A stretch of DNA of 61,670 bases, counting the filler. It is 6 parts of 6 records of this genome, joined end to end, with 100 filler letters (N's around TTAATTAATTAA, not from the genome) between each part and the next. Parts side by side here need not be neighbours in the genome. Positions count along the whole stretch, not along the records: positions 27,009 to 37,645 come from SRR31156797_20967; positions 37,746 to 52,127 come from SRR31156797_20974; 4 more parts are not named here. One strand, 5' to 3'. The position numbers were made by a program, and so were the translations under genes. Each line of letters begins with the position of its first letter. Position 1 is the stretch's first letter. Below are positions 30,496 through 41,245 of this stretch, piece after piece. The notes beneath the pieces are model-generated. The model saw only the letters and a program-made list of their open reading frames with translations. It was not told where the DNA came from and made no database searches.

Positions 30496-31509
30496 ATGAA
30501 GAGATCCGTGATCAGGGGAACCGGCCGAGCCCTCCCTTCCCGTCTTGTAACAAATGATGACCTGACAAAAATGATGGACACCTCCGACGAGTGGATTCGC
30601 CAGAGAACCGGCATCGAACAGCGCTATTGGATTCCGGAGGGCGAGGAGATGGGCGCCTCGGATCTCGGCCTTGAAGCGGCCCAAAAAGCCCTGGACAAGG
30701 CCGGATGGACCGCCGAAGATCTTGACTTTATCATTTTTGCCACCTTGAGCCCGGACATCACCTTCCCGGGCGCGGGCTGTCTTCTCCAGGCCAAGCTCGG
30801 CCTCAACTCCACCCCGGTCCTTGATATCCGCCAGCAGTGCACGGGATTTCTGTACGGCATGGCCACGGCAGACGCTTACATCAAGTGCGGGCTTGCCGGC
30901 AAGGTGCTGGTGGTGGGCGCCGAGGTTCACAGCACCGGGCTGGACAAGAGCACCCGGGGCCGGGACGTCACCGTAATCTTTGGTGACGGCGCCGGCGCCG
31001 TATGTGTGGAAGGCATCGAGACCGACGAGAACGTGGGCATCATTGCCTCCTCCCTCCATGCGGATGGTTCCGGTGCTGACTCCCTCATGCTGGAACTTCC
31101 CGCATCCCGGCTGCCGGACAGGCTGCCTGCGGATGTGGCCGTGGACGATGCCCGCTATTATCCCAGCATGGACGGCAAAAAGGTCTTCAAGAAGGCTGTC
31201 CGGAAACTTCCCGAGGTGACCAAGGAAGTGCTTGTAAAGGCGCAGGTGCCCCTTGAAGACGTTGACATGTTTTTCCCCCACCAGGCGAATCTCAGGATCA
31301 ACCAGGCCTATGCACAGTTCATGAAGATCGATGAATCCAAGGTCTTCAACAACATCCAGAAGTATGGCAATACAACGGCGGCAAGCATTCCCATCGCCCT
31401 TGACGAAGCACTGGAGCAGAACCTTGTCGGCAAGAAGGACGATACGATTCTCTTCCTGGGCCTTGGGGCCGGACTTACCTGGGGAGGCCTCCTCTACAGG
31501 TTCGCATAA
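30496..31509 (+). CDS. fabH: 3-oxoacyl-ACP synthase III family
   Basis: DTSDEWIRQRTGI, catalytic QQCTGF, FGDGAGA, PHQANLRI and GNTTAAS. Confidence 0.88.
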   Translation: MKRSVIRGTGRALPSRLVTNDDLTKMMDTSDEWIRQRTGIEQRYWIPEGEEMGASDLGLEAAQKALDKAGWTAEDLDFIIFATLSPDITFPGAGCLLQAKLGLNSTPVLDIRQQCTGFLYGMATADAYIKCGLAGKVLVVGAEVHSTGLDKSTRGRDVTVIFGDGAGAVCVEGIETDENVGIIASSLHADGSGADSLMLELPASRLPDRLPADVAVDDARYYPSMDGKKVFKKAVRKLPEVTKEVLVKAQVPLEDVDMFFPHQANLRINQAYAQFMKIDESKVFNNIQKYGNTTAASIPIALDEALEQNLVGKKDDTILFLGLGAGLTWGGLLYRFA

Positions 31510-31526
31510 GTATCCCCACGCTTTAC

Positions 31527-31577
31527 AAAGTAACCGGGTGTCACAGGGGGCTTCTTCCCCCGGCACCCGGTTACTTT
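31527..31577. terminator. Long inverted repeat, probable terminator after fabH
   Basis: aaagtaaccgggtgtc ... ggcacccggttacttt around an inner ggggg/ccccc stem. Confidence 0.6.
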
Positions 31578-31659
31578 ATTCTTGCCGGACCTCCTACCGG
31601 TCATGATTTCTTGACAATATTCTTGACAACACCAGGGATAGACCATTATTTAACCGGTT

Positions 31660-32868
31660 ATGACTACAAAAACAGCAATAGAACGATTGATTGACAAAGG
31701 TGTCCGGGTTCCCAATCCTTCATCGGTTTTCATCGGGGAGGATGTCGATCCGGACAGGATCTCCGGCCAGGGGGTGACCCTCCATCCCGGAACGAGGATC
31801 CTGGGGGAAAAGACCCTGATAATGGCGGGATCCGCCATTGGATACGAGGCCCCCGTCACCCTGGACAACACCATGGTCGGACCGGATTCCGACCTCAAGG
31901 GTGGTTTTTTCCAGGATGCCGTGTTTGCGGGTCGGAACGCTTTCGGCTCCGGCGCCCATGTCAGGGGCGGCACCATCCTTGAAGAACAGGCATCGGCCGC
32001 CCATACGGTGGGCCTGAAACAGACCATCCTGTTCCCCTTTGTGACCCTGGGAAGCCTGATCAATTTCTGTGATATCCTCATGGCCGGCGGCACTAGCCGA
32101 AAGGATCACAGCGAAGTCGGAAGCTCCTATATCCACTTCAACTACACCCCGAACCAGGACAAGGCCACCCCTTCCATGCTCGGTAACGTCCACCAGGGTG
32201 TCATGCTCAACCAGCGGCCTGTTTTCCTGGGGGGGCAGGGCGGTCTTGTGGGACCCTGCCGGCTTGCATTCGGAACGGTCACGGCCGCGGGAACCATCTG
32301 CAGAAGGGACGAACTCCGGCCTGACCGGATCGTGATTGGCGGGGCGTCAAAAGGGGCCTCCATTCCCCGAAAAGAGGGCGTCTACACCAATGCGGGAAGG
32401 ATCTATGAAGTCAACTGTGCGTATATTGCAGGGCTGATCAGCCTGATGAACTGGTACAGGCACGTAAGGTCCCGGTTTGTATCGGAACCCCTTTCAAATG
32501 AGCTGCACATGGGGATGACAGACACGCTCCAGGTCTGCATCGACGAACGGATCAAAAGGCTCGGGGCGTTTTGCGACAAGCTCGAGAACTCAAGAAACAT
32601 CCTCATCTCCCGGGCAAACGGTGAAATCACCGGGCCAATCCGTATCCATGATGCCATCATGGAAAAATGGCCGGATGTAAAAGCCGTTTTCATCAGTGAG
32701 ACCGGTCATGACTACTCGGCCGGCCTGCCTGAGCCGTTCCGGGATGCCCTTAACCAGGGCACCACCTATATTGAGACCATCAAAGGTCTTGATCCTGCCA
32801 CCGCAACCCTTGGCAGCGACTGGCTCGGAACAATCGAACAGACAATCATGGAAAAAGTAAAACTCTAA
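31660..32868 (+). CDS. GlmU C-terminal-like left-handed beta-helix protein lacking the uridyltransferase domain
   Basis: Starts LIDKGVRVPNPSSVFIG, like the start of the GlmU acetyltransferase half; hexapeptide pattern, FNY and AAGT; lies directly upstream of glmM. Confidence 0.65.
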   Translation: MTTKTAIERLIDKGVRVPNPSSVFIGEDVDPDRISGQGVTLHPGTRILGEKTLIMAGSAIGYEAPVTLDNTMVGPDSDLKGGFFQDAVFAGRNAFGSGAHVRGGTILEEQASAAHTVGLKQTILFPFVTLGSLINFCDILMAGGTSRKDHSEVGSSYIHFNYTPNQDKATPSMLGNVHQGVMLNQRPVFLGGQGGLVGPCRLAFGTVTAAGTICRRDELRPDRIVIGGASKGASIPRKEGVYTNAGRIYEVNCAYIAGLISLMNWYRHVRSRFVSEPLSNELHMGMTDTLQVCIDERIKRLGAFCDKLENSRNILISRANGEITGPIRIHDAIMEKWPDVKAVFISETGHDYSAGLPEPFRDALNQGTTYIETIKGLDPATATLGSDWLGTIEQTIMEKVKL

Positions 32869-32892
32869 CAGAGATACAAGACAGGTTCATAC

Positions 32893-34272
32893 ATGGGAAA
32901 ACTATTTGGTACAGACGGAATACGGGGACTTGCAAACCGCTACCCCATGACGGCCTCGGTGGCCCTGAAAACCGGCCAGGCTGTTGCACGATTTGTAAAA
33001 AAACAGGGCGCAGGCATCGTTGTCATCGGCAAGGACACACGGCTGTCAGGTGACATGTTTGAGTCGGCCCTTGCCGCAGGCATCACCTCCATGGGGGTCG
33101 ATGTATTGCTGGCAGGCGTCATTCCCACACCGGGAGTGGCGTTTCTTGCCGCTTCCGTTGAGGGCGCCGGCGCCGGTGTAGTGCTTTCCGCATCTCACAA
33201 TCCCTTCCATGACAACGGCATTAAAATTTTCAAAGCCGGCGGTCTCAAGCTCACCGATGACGAAGAGGCTGAGATTGAAGCATTCATCCTGGAACCGGAC
33301 CACCAGACGCCCGGGGCTGCGAACAGTGATCCCGTCATTCAAACAGGCACCGTCGCAAGGCTTGGTGACGCGTCGGAGCGCTATGCTGCCTTCCTGAAGA
33401 ACAGCTTTGAAAAAGACGCCGATGAAACAGCGCCTGCCTCAAAAAACTTCAGCATGGTTATCGACTGCTCCAACGGTGCCGCGTCCGTGGTGGCGCCCAT
33501 GCTCTTTTCCAAGCTTCCCTTTGATGTGGAATTCATTTTCAACACCCCGGACGGGAAAAATATCAATCACCAGTGCGGCTCCCAGCATACGGAGGCTCTC
33601 TCCCAGCGGGTCGTGGCCAAGGGGGCCGACCTGGGCCTTGCCTTTGACGGTGACGCCGACCGCTTGATCGCCGTAGATGAAAACGGCGTCAAAATTACCG
33701 GAGACACGATCCTCGCCATCTGCGCAAAACATGCCAAAAGCCGGGGCAGATTGAAAAACAATCTCCTGGTCACCACGGTCATGAGCAACATCGGCCTTTC
33801 ACTGGCCCTTAAGACCCTTGGCATCGATCATCTGAAAGCAGGGGTGGGAGACAGGGAAGTCCTCAAGGAGATGTGGGAAACCGGCGCCGTCATTGGCGGC
33901 GAGGATTCCGGTCATATGATATTTTCCGAGTTCCACACCACAGGAGACGGCATCCTTTCGGCCCTGCGCCTTATCCGGGTGATGGCAGACACGGGAAAAA
34001 CGCTCTCCGAACTCGCCTCGGTCATGACCGTTTACCCCCAGGAACTCATGAACGTGGAAGTCGATGCGTCCAGGCCCGATTTCATGAAGATCAAATCCAT
34101 AGCGGATGAAATCGAGAGCGTGGAACAGGCCCTCAAGGATACGGGGCGCGTTCTTGTCAGGTACTCCGGCACCCAGCCCCTGCTCCGTGTCATGGTTGAA
34201 GGTCCCGACCCCCGGACAACCAAAACCTACTGCCTCAGGATCTGTAACGCCATAAAGGCCGCAGCCATCTGA
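32893..34272 (+). CDS. glmM: Phosphoglucosamine mutase
   Basis: FGTDGIRG, GKDTRLSG, SASHNPFHDNGIK, DGDADR, GGEDSGH and RYSGTQPLLRVMVEG. Confidence 0.93.
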   Translation: MGKLFGTDGIRGLANRYPMTASVALKTGQAVARFVKKQGAGIVVIGKDTRLSGDMFESALAAGITSMGVDVLLAGVIPTPGVAFLAASVEGAGAGVVLSASHNPFHDNGIKIFKAGGLKLTDDEEAEIEAFILEPDHQTPGAANSDPVIQTGTVARLGDASERYAAFLKNSFEKDADETAPASKNFSMVIDCSNGAASVVAPMLFSKLPFDVEFIFNTPDGKNINHQCGSQHTEALSQRVVAKGADLGLAFDGDADRLIAVDENGVKITGDTILAICAKHAKSRGRLKNNLLVTTVMSNIGLSLALKTLGIDHLKAGVGDREVLKEMWETGAVIGGEDSGHMIFSEFHTTGDGILSALRLIRVMADTGKTLSELASVMTVYPQELMNVEVDASRPDFMKIKSIADEIESVEQALKDTGRVLVRYSGTQPLLRVMVEGPDPRTTKTYCLRICNAIKAAAI

Positions 34273-34306
34273 CCCGCCGTCAACCGCAATCTCAAGCAGG
34301 GAAAAA

Positions 34307-34684
34307 ATGTTGAAGAAACGACAATGCCAGCGATTCAATGTCACGGGAACGACCCTTTACTATAAGAAAACCCGTTTTTTCTGGGGAAAGGGGAAATTCT
34401 CCCACGACTACTATCCCGTCCTCGACATCAGCAGGGGAGGGCTCAAGTTTCTCAGCAACCACAAGATTCCCGCCGGTTCCCGGCTCACCCTCCGGATCAA
34501 CTTCCCCGGCCTTGATCACCCCAAGGAGATCAAGGCCGTTGTGAGGTGGGTCTCAAGAAACCGGGAAGCCAGCTACCGGTATCAAAACGGCGTCTCCTTC
34601 AATGCCTACGGCACCGGCAGGCAGGAAAACCACGTAGAACTCCTCAACTTTCTGAAATTACTTGAATCCAAGTACTTAATGTAG
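34307..34684 (+). CDS. PilZ domain protein
   Basis: RQCQR (RxxxR), DISRGG (DxSxxG), AVVRWV and GVSF. Confidence 0.85.
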   Translation: MLKKRQCQRFNVTGTTLYYKKTRFFWGKGKFSHDYYPVLDISRGGLKFLSNHKIPAGSRLTLRINFPGLDHPKEIKAVVRWVSRNREASYRYQNGVSFNAYGTGRQENHVELLNFLKLLESKYLM

Positions 34685-35045
34685 TATTGATGAAGCTGTT
34701 TTCTGGTGTTGGAGAGCGGCTAAAACGGTTGAAAATCGCCGTTCCCTGTATCTCCGTTCCAAAGTCGGCCATGTAACCGACCGGGCGGAGCTGTATCATT
34801 ACCTACCATTCTTTTTTCGTTATAGGATAGAAGATATTGGCTCCTCCTATTTTAAATGGCAACCCACATATTTCAGATGCAGTCAAACCCTTGTAAAATC
34901 GCATGATCCGCAAAAAAAAAGACATCAAAGATGTTATGATAAATTTTTCTGATATCACCAAACGAGTTGCCAGTTTTTAACTGGCAGTGCCGTTGTGAAT
35001 CAGAACATGGATTGGCAAAAATAGTGAAATGGTTTCGAAATAACT

Positions 35046-36353
35046 ATGTCTAAGGGGATTTCTTTGATTGAAGCGAATGGAGGTACTGCGTTATTTGTTC
35101 TACTTTTGGCGCATTCTCCAAACAGATACGCTGGTATGGCATGCGTTTTGGGTTTGGCGATTGCTAGATTTTCTTCAGGAAGACCTTTATGCAAGGAACG
35201 TTTAACCATACTGGTTTTGAATTGCATAATATTTTTAACCATGATTATTGCATTTTTGCTTAATTATTCAAGCCTAAACAATCTAATTTGGGGGACACTG
35301 TGTTTTTCACCGTTAATAAGTGCAGGTGTCTTAACTGAAACAATAGGTTCCAAAGCTAAAATTTTGTCCGCCTTTAAAACTTTTTTAAAAATAGAACTGC
35401 TTTTTGTTTTTGGGCAATATGTGCTTTTAGTCTACCGTTATGGTACATTGTTTGTCTTTAGAGCCAACAGTTCTGCTGGTGATCATTTCTCGGGTACCTT
35501 TCTTCACTTTTCTACACCTTTGGCCGTTACAATGGCATTGTTATCCTTTGTGTTTTTTGGGCAGGTGTTCCGGTTAGGTAAAAAAGATGACATAATTTAT
35601 CTGTTTATATCGTTGATATTAATGTTTATCACCGGAGCGATGTCAATAGTATTACCCGCAGTGGTTATGCTAATTGTATATTTAATTGTGCTTATGCGAT
35701 CACACTTGAGTTTAAAACACATAATTGTATCCACCATTTTTGTTTTTTGTTTTGCGTCACTTTTTTTCTGGCAGTCTAGGAATTTTAAATACTCATTAAG
35801 AATTCTGGAACATACAATTATATATAATCCACCTGTAAAAATTGCCCTTGCTAAAAATACTTTAGATGCTATCTTCAACAAAGGTGATATTCCTATATAT
35901 GGTGTTGGAATTGGAAACTATTCCAGCAGGGCCTCAATGATCGTTAGTGGGAACTATCTAACAAACCAACCGTCCTTTATTCCGGTAACACCATCGTTTT
36001 ATGCAAAAAAGTACATATTGAGTATTTGGGGTAAATATGTGAAAGATCGAATGATTGGTGGTGTTAAAGGGTCTAGCATGATAAATGAACCCTTTAATCA
36101 ATATACCACCTTGTTGGCCGAAGGCGGTGTTATTGCCGTTTTTGCACAAATACTATGCTTTCTGCTTATGATCAATTGGGCAATCAGATGGAAATCAATT
36201 CTTTTATTCATTGTATGTAGCTTTTCGGTAATGATCTTCATGACAAACAATTGGTTGGAGTATTTAAGTTATTGTTGTGTCTTTTGGCTGGTTTTTGAAT
36301 TGATTCTCGGAGAAAGTGGAACCAGCAATGTAAAATTCAGAATAAGTTGGTAA
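35046..36353 (+). CDS. Polytopic membrane protein, probable polysaccharide polymerase (Wzy/O-antigen ligase-like)
   Basis: AT-rich with many TM segments; PIYGVGIGNY and NQYTTLLAEGG motifs; sits beside a flippase. Confidence 0.6.
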   Translation: MSKGISLIEANGGTALFVLLLAHSPNRYAGMACVLGLAIARFSSGRPLCKERLTILVLNCIIFLTMIIAFLLNYSSLNNLIWGTLCFSPLISAGVLTETIGSKAKILSAFKTFLKIELLFVFGQYVLLVYRYGTLFVFRANSSAGDHFSGTFLHFSTPLAVTMALLSFVFFGQVFRLGKKDDIIYLFISLILMFITGAMSIVLPAVVMLIVYLIVLMRSHLSLKHIIVSTIFVFCFASLFFWQSRNFKYSLRILEHTIIYNPPVKIALAKNTLDAIFNKGDIPIYGVGIGNYSSRASMIVSGNYLTNQPSFIPVTPSFYAKKYILSIWGKYVKDRMIGGVKGSSMINEPFNQYTTLLAEGGVIAVFAQILCFLLMINWAIRWKSILLFIVCSFSVMIFMTNNWLEYLSYCCVFWLVFELILGESGTSNVKFRISW

Positions 36354-36450
36354 CGTTACCGAAAATAATTTGCGGTTGATTAAATATAAGCGTGGTTAGA
36401 ATTAACCTTTTCTTACACATGGGACCACCATCCAAACACTATAAAGAATC

Positions 36451-37645
36451 ATGGAACAGGATGAAAAAACAATTTATATCAAAGATATACATCAGGGTAC
36501 CGTTTTGAACAATTTATCACAGCTTTTAATTAGAGGAGCTGCTATTACATTCGGGGCTAAGGTCTTTGGCAGGATATTAATGTTTGGTTATGTCGCCTTG
36601 CTATCCAGGTATATTGGTGCGGAAGGGATTGGACTCTTTTTTATAGCCTTTTCGGTTGTTAATTTTGCTGTCGTTATTGCAAAATTGGGTCTTAATAATG
36701 GACTGATTCGATACGTTTCAATATATCATGGAATAAATAATCAAGCCAAGTTAAAAGGGGTGTTTTTAAGTTCTATAGGATTTTCATTAATCGGTAGCCT
36801 TTTTATGGCTGTTGTTGTCCATGTGGCTGCGCCAGTCCTTTCGGTACACGTTTTTCATGATATAAGGCTCTTACCAATTTTGAGGAGATTTACGCTGATA
36901 ATCCCATTGATTGTTGTAATATCAATGATTTCAGCGACCTTTCAGGGATTAAAACAGACATTTTATTCTGTTTGTGTCGAAGATATCAGCCTGATTGTTT
37001 TCAGAATAGCATTTACAGGCCTATTGATTTATGTCGGTTTAGGTGTAATAGAAGTTATAAATGCCTATGGCTTCGCACTTTTGGGTTCTTTGTTTGTCGG
37101 GGTGCATATTCTAAGTGATAAAACAAGCATTCTTAATACGAAAATTGCACCAAAATTTGAACATAAGACATTATTAACATACTCATATCCATTGCTTTTT
37201 ATAGGGTTTGTTCAATTATTAATAGCTCAGGCTGACATCCTGATGGTCGGTTATTATATGCCCTCTGAAGATGTTGGTTACTATTCTGTTGCGGCAAAAG
37301 TGTCGATTTTATTGACAATTGTCCTCGGCGCGTTTAATTCAATATTTCCTTCTATGATAGCTGATCTTTATAATAAAAACCATTTCAACAAGATAAAATC
37401 TCTCTTTCAAAAAGAAGTAGAATTGATTTTTTTAATTAGTTTTCTTATAATGTCATTTATTGTTTTAAATGGCAATTTTATTCTTTCTCTGTTTGGTCCT
37501 GAATTCAACGCGTCTTTTGGGCCCATGGTTATTCTTTGTCTTGGGTGGTTCGTTGATGGGATTACCGGCTCCGGAGGCTACTTGTTGACGATGACCGGTA
37601 ATCAGAAATTAGAAGTTTATAATACGGTTTTTCTGGCAATATCCA
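36451..37645 (+). CDS. wzx: Oligosaccharide flippase (Wzx/MOP family), 3'-truncated
   Basis: SRYIGAEGIGLF, LGLNNGLIRY, QADILMVG..VGYYSVA and LSLFGPEF. Confidence 0.85.
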
Positions 37646-37745
37646 NNNNNNNNNNNNNNNNNNNNNNNNNNNNNNNNNNNNNNNNNNNNTTAATTAATTA
37701 ANNNNNNNNNNNNNNNNNNNNNNNNNNNNNNNNNNNNNNNNNNNN
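37646..37745. other. Artificial contig linker
   Basis: 44 N + TTAATTAATTAA + 44 N. Confidence 0.99.
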
Positions 37746-37747
37746 TC

Positions 37748-38320
37748 ATTGTTGGATCAGACTATACTTTTGGGAAAAACCGGGAAGGCACCCTGGACCT
37801 CATGAGAGAGGCCGGAGCGGTCCACGGATTCGAGGTGCTGGTTTCAGACTGGATAAACGACACCGAGACCGGCGACCAGCGGATCAGCAGCACGCGGATC
37901 CGGGAGCTGGTCATGGACGGCCGGGTCCACGAGACCCCGAAGTTCCTCGGCAGGTTCTACCAGATCCGGGGCAAGGTGGTAAAAGGACGGGAACGGGGCG
38001 GCAGCAAGCTTGGGTTTCCCACGGCGAACATCAAGCTCCATGATGAACTCTGCCCGAAAATGGGCGTCTATGCCGTGACCGTTGAAACCGGGACGGAGAA
38101 GTTCAAGGGTGTTGCCAACATCGGCTACAGCCCGACCTTTGACGACCATATATTCACCATTGAGGTCCACATATTGGATTTTTCAGGGGACATCTACGGC
38201 AAAAGAATACGGGTAAACATGATCCAGCGGCTCAGAGATGAAAAGAAGTTCTCCAGCCTGGAGGAGCTTTCCGAGCAGATCAGAAAAGATATCCAACGCG
38301 CAAGAACCATTCTTGTATAA
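37748..38320 (+). CDS. ribF: Bifunctional riboflavin kinase/FAD synthetase, 5'-truncated
   Basis: VGSDYTFGKNREG, ISSTRIR, LGFPTAN, GVYA, NIGYSPTF and IEVHILDF. Confidence 0.95.
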   Translation: MVGSDYTFGKNREGTLDLMREAGAVHGFEVLVSDWINDTETGDQRISSTRIRELVMDGRVHETPKFLGRFYQIRGKVVKGRERGGSKLGFPTANIKLHDELCPKMGVYAVTVETGTEKFKGVANIGYSPTFDDHIFTIEVHILDFSGDIYGKRIRVNMIQRLRDEKKFSSLEELSEQIRKDIQRARTILV

Positions 38321-38338
38321 AAGAAGGAACAAAGTACC

Positions 38339-38863
38339 ATGGCATTACTGAAAATATACCACTACCCCGAAAAGGTTCTGCTCCAGAAAGCCCTTCCGGT
38401 TGAAACCATAGACGACAGCATCATCCAACTTGTAAACGACATGGGGGAGACCATGTTCGATGCCCCGGGCGTCGGCCTTGCCGCCCCCCAGGTGGGTGAA
38501 TCCAAACGGATCATCGTCTACAACCCCTCACCGGTGGCACCGGAGGACGAGGACCTGCCCCGGGAGTTCAAGGCGCTCATCAACCCTGAAATCATTGCAT
38601 CCTCCGGCAGCATCGTCTCCGAAGGCGAGGCCTGCCTGAGCGTTCCCGACTACAGCGCCGACGTGAAGCGGTTCGAAAAAGTGACGGTACGGGGCCTGAA
38701 CCTCGATGGAAAGAAGCTTGAATTTGACGCTGAGGGCATCCTGGCCGTGATCATGCAGCATGAGATCGACCATCTGGACGGGACCCTGTACATTGACAGG
38801 ATCAGCGCCCTCAAGCGAAACATGTACAAGAAAAAACTAAAAAAGAGGCTGCAAAGCAATTGA
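38339..38863 (+). CDS. def: Peptide deformylase
   Basis: [17 protein letters not shown] and QHEIDHLDG. Confidence 0.96.
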   Translation: MALLKIYHYPEKVLLQKALPVETIDDSIIQLVNDMGETMFDAPGVGLAAPQVGESKRIIVYNPSPVAPEDEDLPREFKALINPEIIASSGSIVSEGEACLSVPDYSADVKRFEKVTVRGLNLDGKKLEFDAEGILAVIMQHEIDHLDGTLYIDRISALKRNMYKKKLKKRLQSN

Positions 38864-39804
38864 AAAAACCATTCAAGATAGTTTTCATGGGAACACCGGA
38901 TTTTTCCGTCCCGCCCCTCAGGGCCCTGGCAGCGTATGACTGTGAGATCCCCCTTGTCATCACCATGCCGGACCGCCCCAAGGGCCGGGGCAGAAAGATG
39001 GTGCCCCCGCCGGTCAAGACGGCGGCCCTGGAACTGGGACTTGAGGTGATCCAGCCGGAATCCATGCGCTCCGACGAGGTCAGGGAGAAACTTTTGGCCC
39101 TCGAGCCGGACCTGTTCGTGGTCGTGGCCTTTGGTCACAAGCTCTCACAGGAGATCCTGGATATTCCAAAGCTCTATCCCATCAATATCCATGCGTCCCT
39201 GCTGCCTTACCACAGGGGGTCCTCCCCCATCCAGACGGCCATCCTCAACCTGGACAAGGAAACCGGGATCACGACCATGGTCATGGACAAGGACCTGGAC
39301 ACGGGCGACATGCTGCTCAAGTCCACCACCCCCATCAACGATGATGACACGGCCCAGGACCTCCATGACAGGCTGGCCGACATGGGCGCGGACCTCATCA
39401 TCGAAACCCTGGACGCCATTGCCGAGGACCGGCTGACGCGAACCCCCCAGGACCACAGCAAGGCCACCCTCGCCCCCATGCTGAAAAAAGCCGACGGCAG
39501 GATCGACTGGACCCTGAGCCCGGAGAAGGTCTCGGCGGTTGTGCGGGCCATGACGCCCTGGCCGGGGGCCTTCACCTTCCTGGATGAAAAGCGGGTCAAG
39601 ATCTTCCGGGTAGCGCCCGGTGAAACCCGGTCGGACGCCAAGCCCGGCACCGTGTTCCTGTGCGACGACCAGGGCATCCATGTTGCCGCGGGCGAGGGAA
39701 GCGTCACCATCCTTGAGCTCCAGGGCGCCTCGGGGAAACGCCTCACGGCGGCCGAGTTCCTCAGGGGAAAACCCATTGAGCCGGGTACTGTACTCGATGC
39801 CTGA
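38860..39804 (+). CDS. fmt: Methionyl-tRNA formyltransferase
   Basis: [24 protein letters not shown] and LDTGDM; TTG start overlaps the def stop. Confidence 0.96.
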   Translation: MKKPFKIVFMGTPDFSVPPLRALAAYDCEIPLVITMPDRPKGRGRKMVPPPVKTAALELGLEVIQPESMRSDEVREKLLALEPDLFVVVAFGHKLSQEILDIPKLYPINIHASLLPYHRGSSPIQTAILNLDKETGITTMVMDKDLDTGDMLLKSTTPINDDDTAQDLHDRLADMGADLIIETLDAIAEDRLTRTPQDHSKATLAPMLKKADGRIDWTLSPEKVSAVVRAMTPWPGAFTFLDEKRVKIFRVAPGETRSDAKPGTVFLCDDQGIHVAAGEGSVTILELQGASGKRLTAAEFLRGKPIEPGTVLDA

Positions 39805-41173
39805 AAAAAAGAGCAGACCCAAGACTACAATGACAAACGAACCACGATTCCTGGCGCTGAAGATCCTCATCGAAAACGAGGCGTCGAGATACCCCCTGGA
39901 CAGAACCCTTGAGAAATTCTCCGCGGACCTGGAGAAGCTGTCAAAACGGGACAGGGCCCTTGCCAACGCCATCGTCTACGGCACCCTGAGATGGCGGGAG
40001 CACCTGGACTGGCTCATCGCCCCGTTTTCCAGCAGAAAGCTGGAGCAGATAAAGCCGGAGGTCCTCTACGCCCTTCGCCTGGCCCTCTACCAGGTGGTGT
40101 TCATGGAGCGGATCCCGGTTTCCGCCGCGGTCAACACGGCGGTGAACGCGACCAAAAAAATCGCCCACAAGGGCGCTGCGGGCTTTGTCAATGCCGTGCT
40201 CAGAAAAGCGACCACCCGGTACGAGGAGGTCGCCATGCCCGACAAAAAAGCCGACCCGGCCCTGTTTGTCTCAAAGAGCCGGTCGATCCCACTGTGGCTT
40301 TCCCGGCGATGGATCAACCGGTTCGGCCTGGAACCGTGCCTGCAGCTGCTGGATGCCATCAACACCATCCCCCCCATCACCTTGCGGGCCAACACCCTCA
40401 AGGCCGACAGGGACGCCCTTAAAAGGGCCATGGCGGACCATGTGGAGACCATCGAGCCCACGGCCCATGCCGGGGACGGTTTGGCCATCACCCGGCCCAA
40501 AACGCCCCTACACCTTACCGAGGCGTTTACAGAGGGACTGTTCCAGGTCCAGGACGAGGCCGCCCAGATGGTCACCACCCTGCTGGATCCCCAGCCGGGG
40601 GAGAGGGTCCTTGACGCTTGCGCAGGCCTCGGCGGAAAAACCGGCCATGTGGGCCAGATGATGGAGAACCGGGGCGAGATCGTGGCCTGGGACCTCGATC
40701 CAAAAAAGCTTGACACCCTTGCCGCCGAAATGGCGCGCCTGGGCATCACCAACGTTTCCACCCAAAAGATGGACGCCCTGAACCTGGCCCCGGAAGCCCA
40801 TGACGCCCCCTTTGACAGGGTGCTTGTGGACGCTCCCTGCACCGGGCTCGGCGTACTGAGACGAAACCCGGATGCCCGCTGGCACCGCACCCAAAAGGAC
40901 ATCAAACGGCTTGCGGCCCAGCAGAAGACCATCTTGAACAACCTGGCAGACCTTGTCAAACCCGGGGGAATCCTTGTTTATGCCGTATGCTCCTGCGAAC
41001 CCGAGGAGAACGAAGGGGTCCTTGACACGTTTCTGGACAAACGAACGGATTTCACCGTTGTCCCCCAAAGCCACCCGCTGACTTCGGAAAAGGGGATCTT
41101 CAAGACCTATCCCGGCACCCTTGGCATGGACGGGTTCTTTGCCGTGGCACTGAAAAGAAGTAACGATTCATGA
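39797..41173 (+). CDS. rsmB: 16S rRNA m5C967 methyltransferase
   Basis: NusB-like N-terminus, VQDEAAQ, DACAGLGGKT, DAPCTGLG and YAVCS..EENE. Start is 39797 or 39830. Confidence 0.93.
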   Translation: MPEKKSRPKTTMTNEPRFLALKILIENEASRYPLDRTLEKFSADLEKLSKRDRALANAIVYGTLRWREHLDWLIAPFSSRKLEQIKPEVLYALRLALYQVVFMERIPVSAAVNTAVNATKKIAHKGAAGFVNAVLRKATTRYEEVAMPDKKADPALFVSKSRSIPLWLSRRWINRFGLEPCLQLLDAINTIPPITLRANTLKADRDALKRAMADHVETIEPTAHAGDGLAITRPKTPLHLTEAFTEGLFQVQDEAAQMVTTLLDPQPGERVLDACAGLGGKTGHVGQMMENRGEIVAWDLDPKKLDTLAAEMARLGITNVSTQKMDALNLAPEAHDAPFDRVLVDAPCTGLGVLRRNPDARWHRTQKDIKRLAAQQKTILNNLADLVKPGGILVYAVCSCEPEENEGVLDTFLDKRTDFTVVPQSHPLTSEKGIFKTYPGTLGMDGFFAVALKRSNDS

Positions 41174-41245
41174 CCGGCCTGACTTTGTAGGGCCTATCCT
41201 TTAATACAACAACACCAAGAAATAATAGATATCAGGAGATTTACC

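Noticed and set aside
34690-34780. Short ORF MKLFSGVGERLKRLKIAVPCISVPKSAM as a transposase remnant at the island edge
   Set aside because: Only a vague resemblance over about 10 residues, with no terminal repeats or catalytic motifs.
34982-34996. Sigma54-like promoter TGGCAGTGCCGTTGT before the wzy-like gene
   Set aside because: The -12 element reads TTGT, not TTGC, and the site overlaps a hairpin arm, so it is too weak to call.
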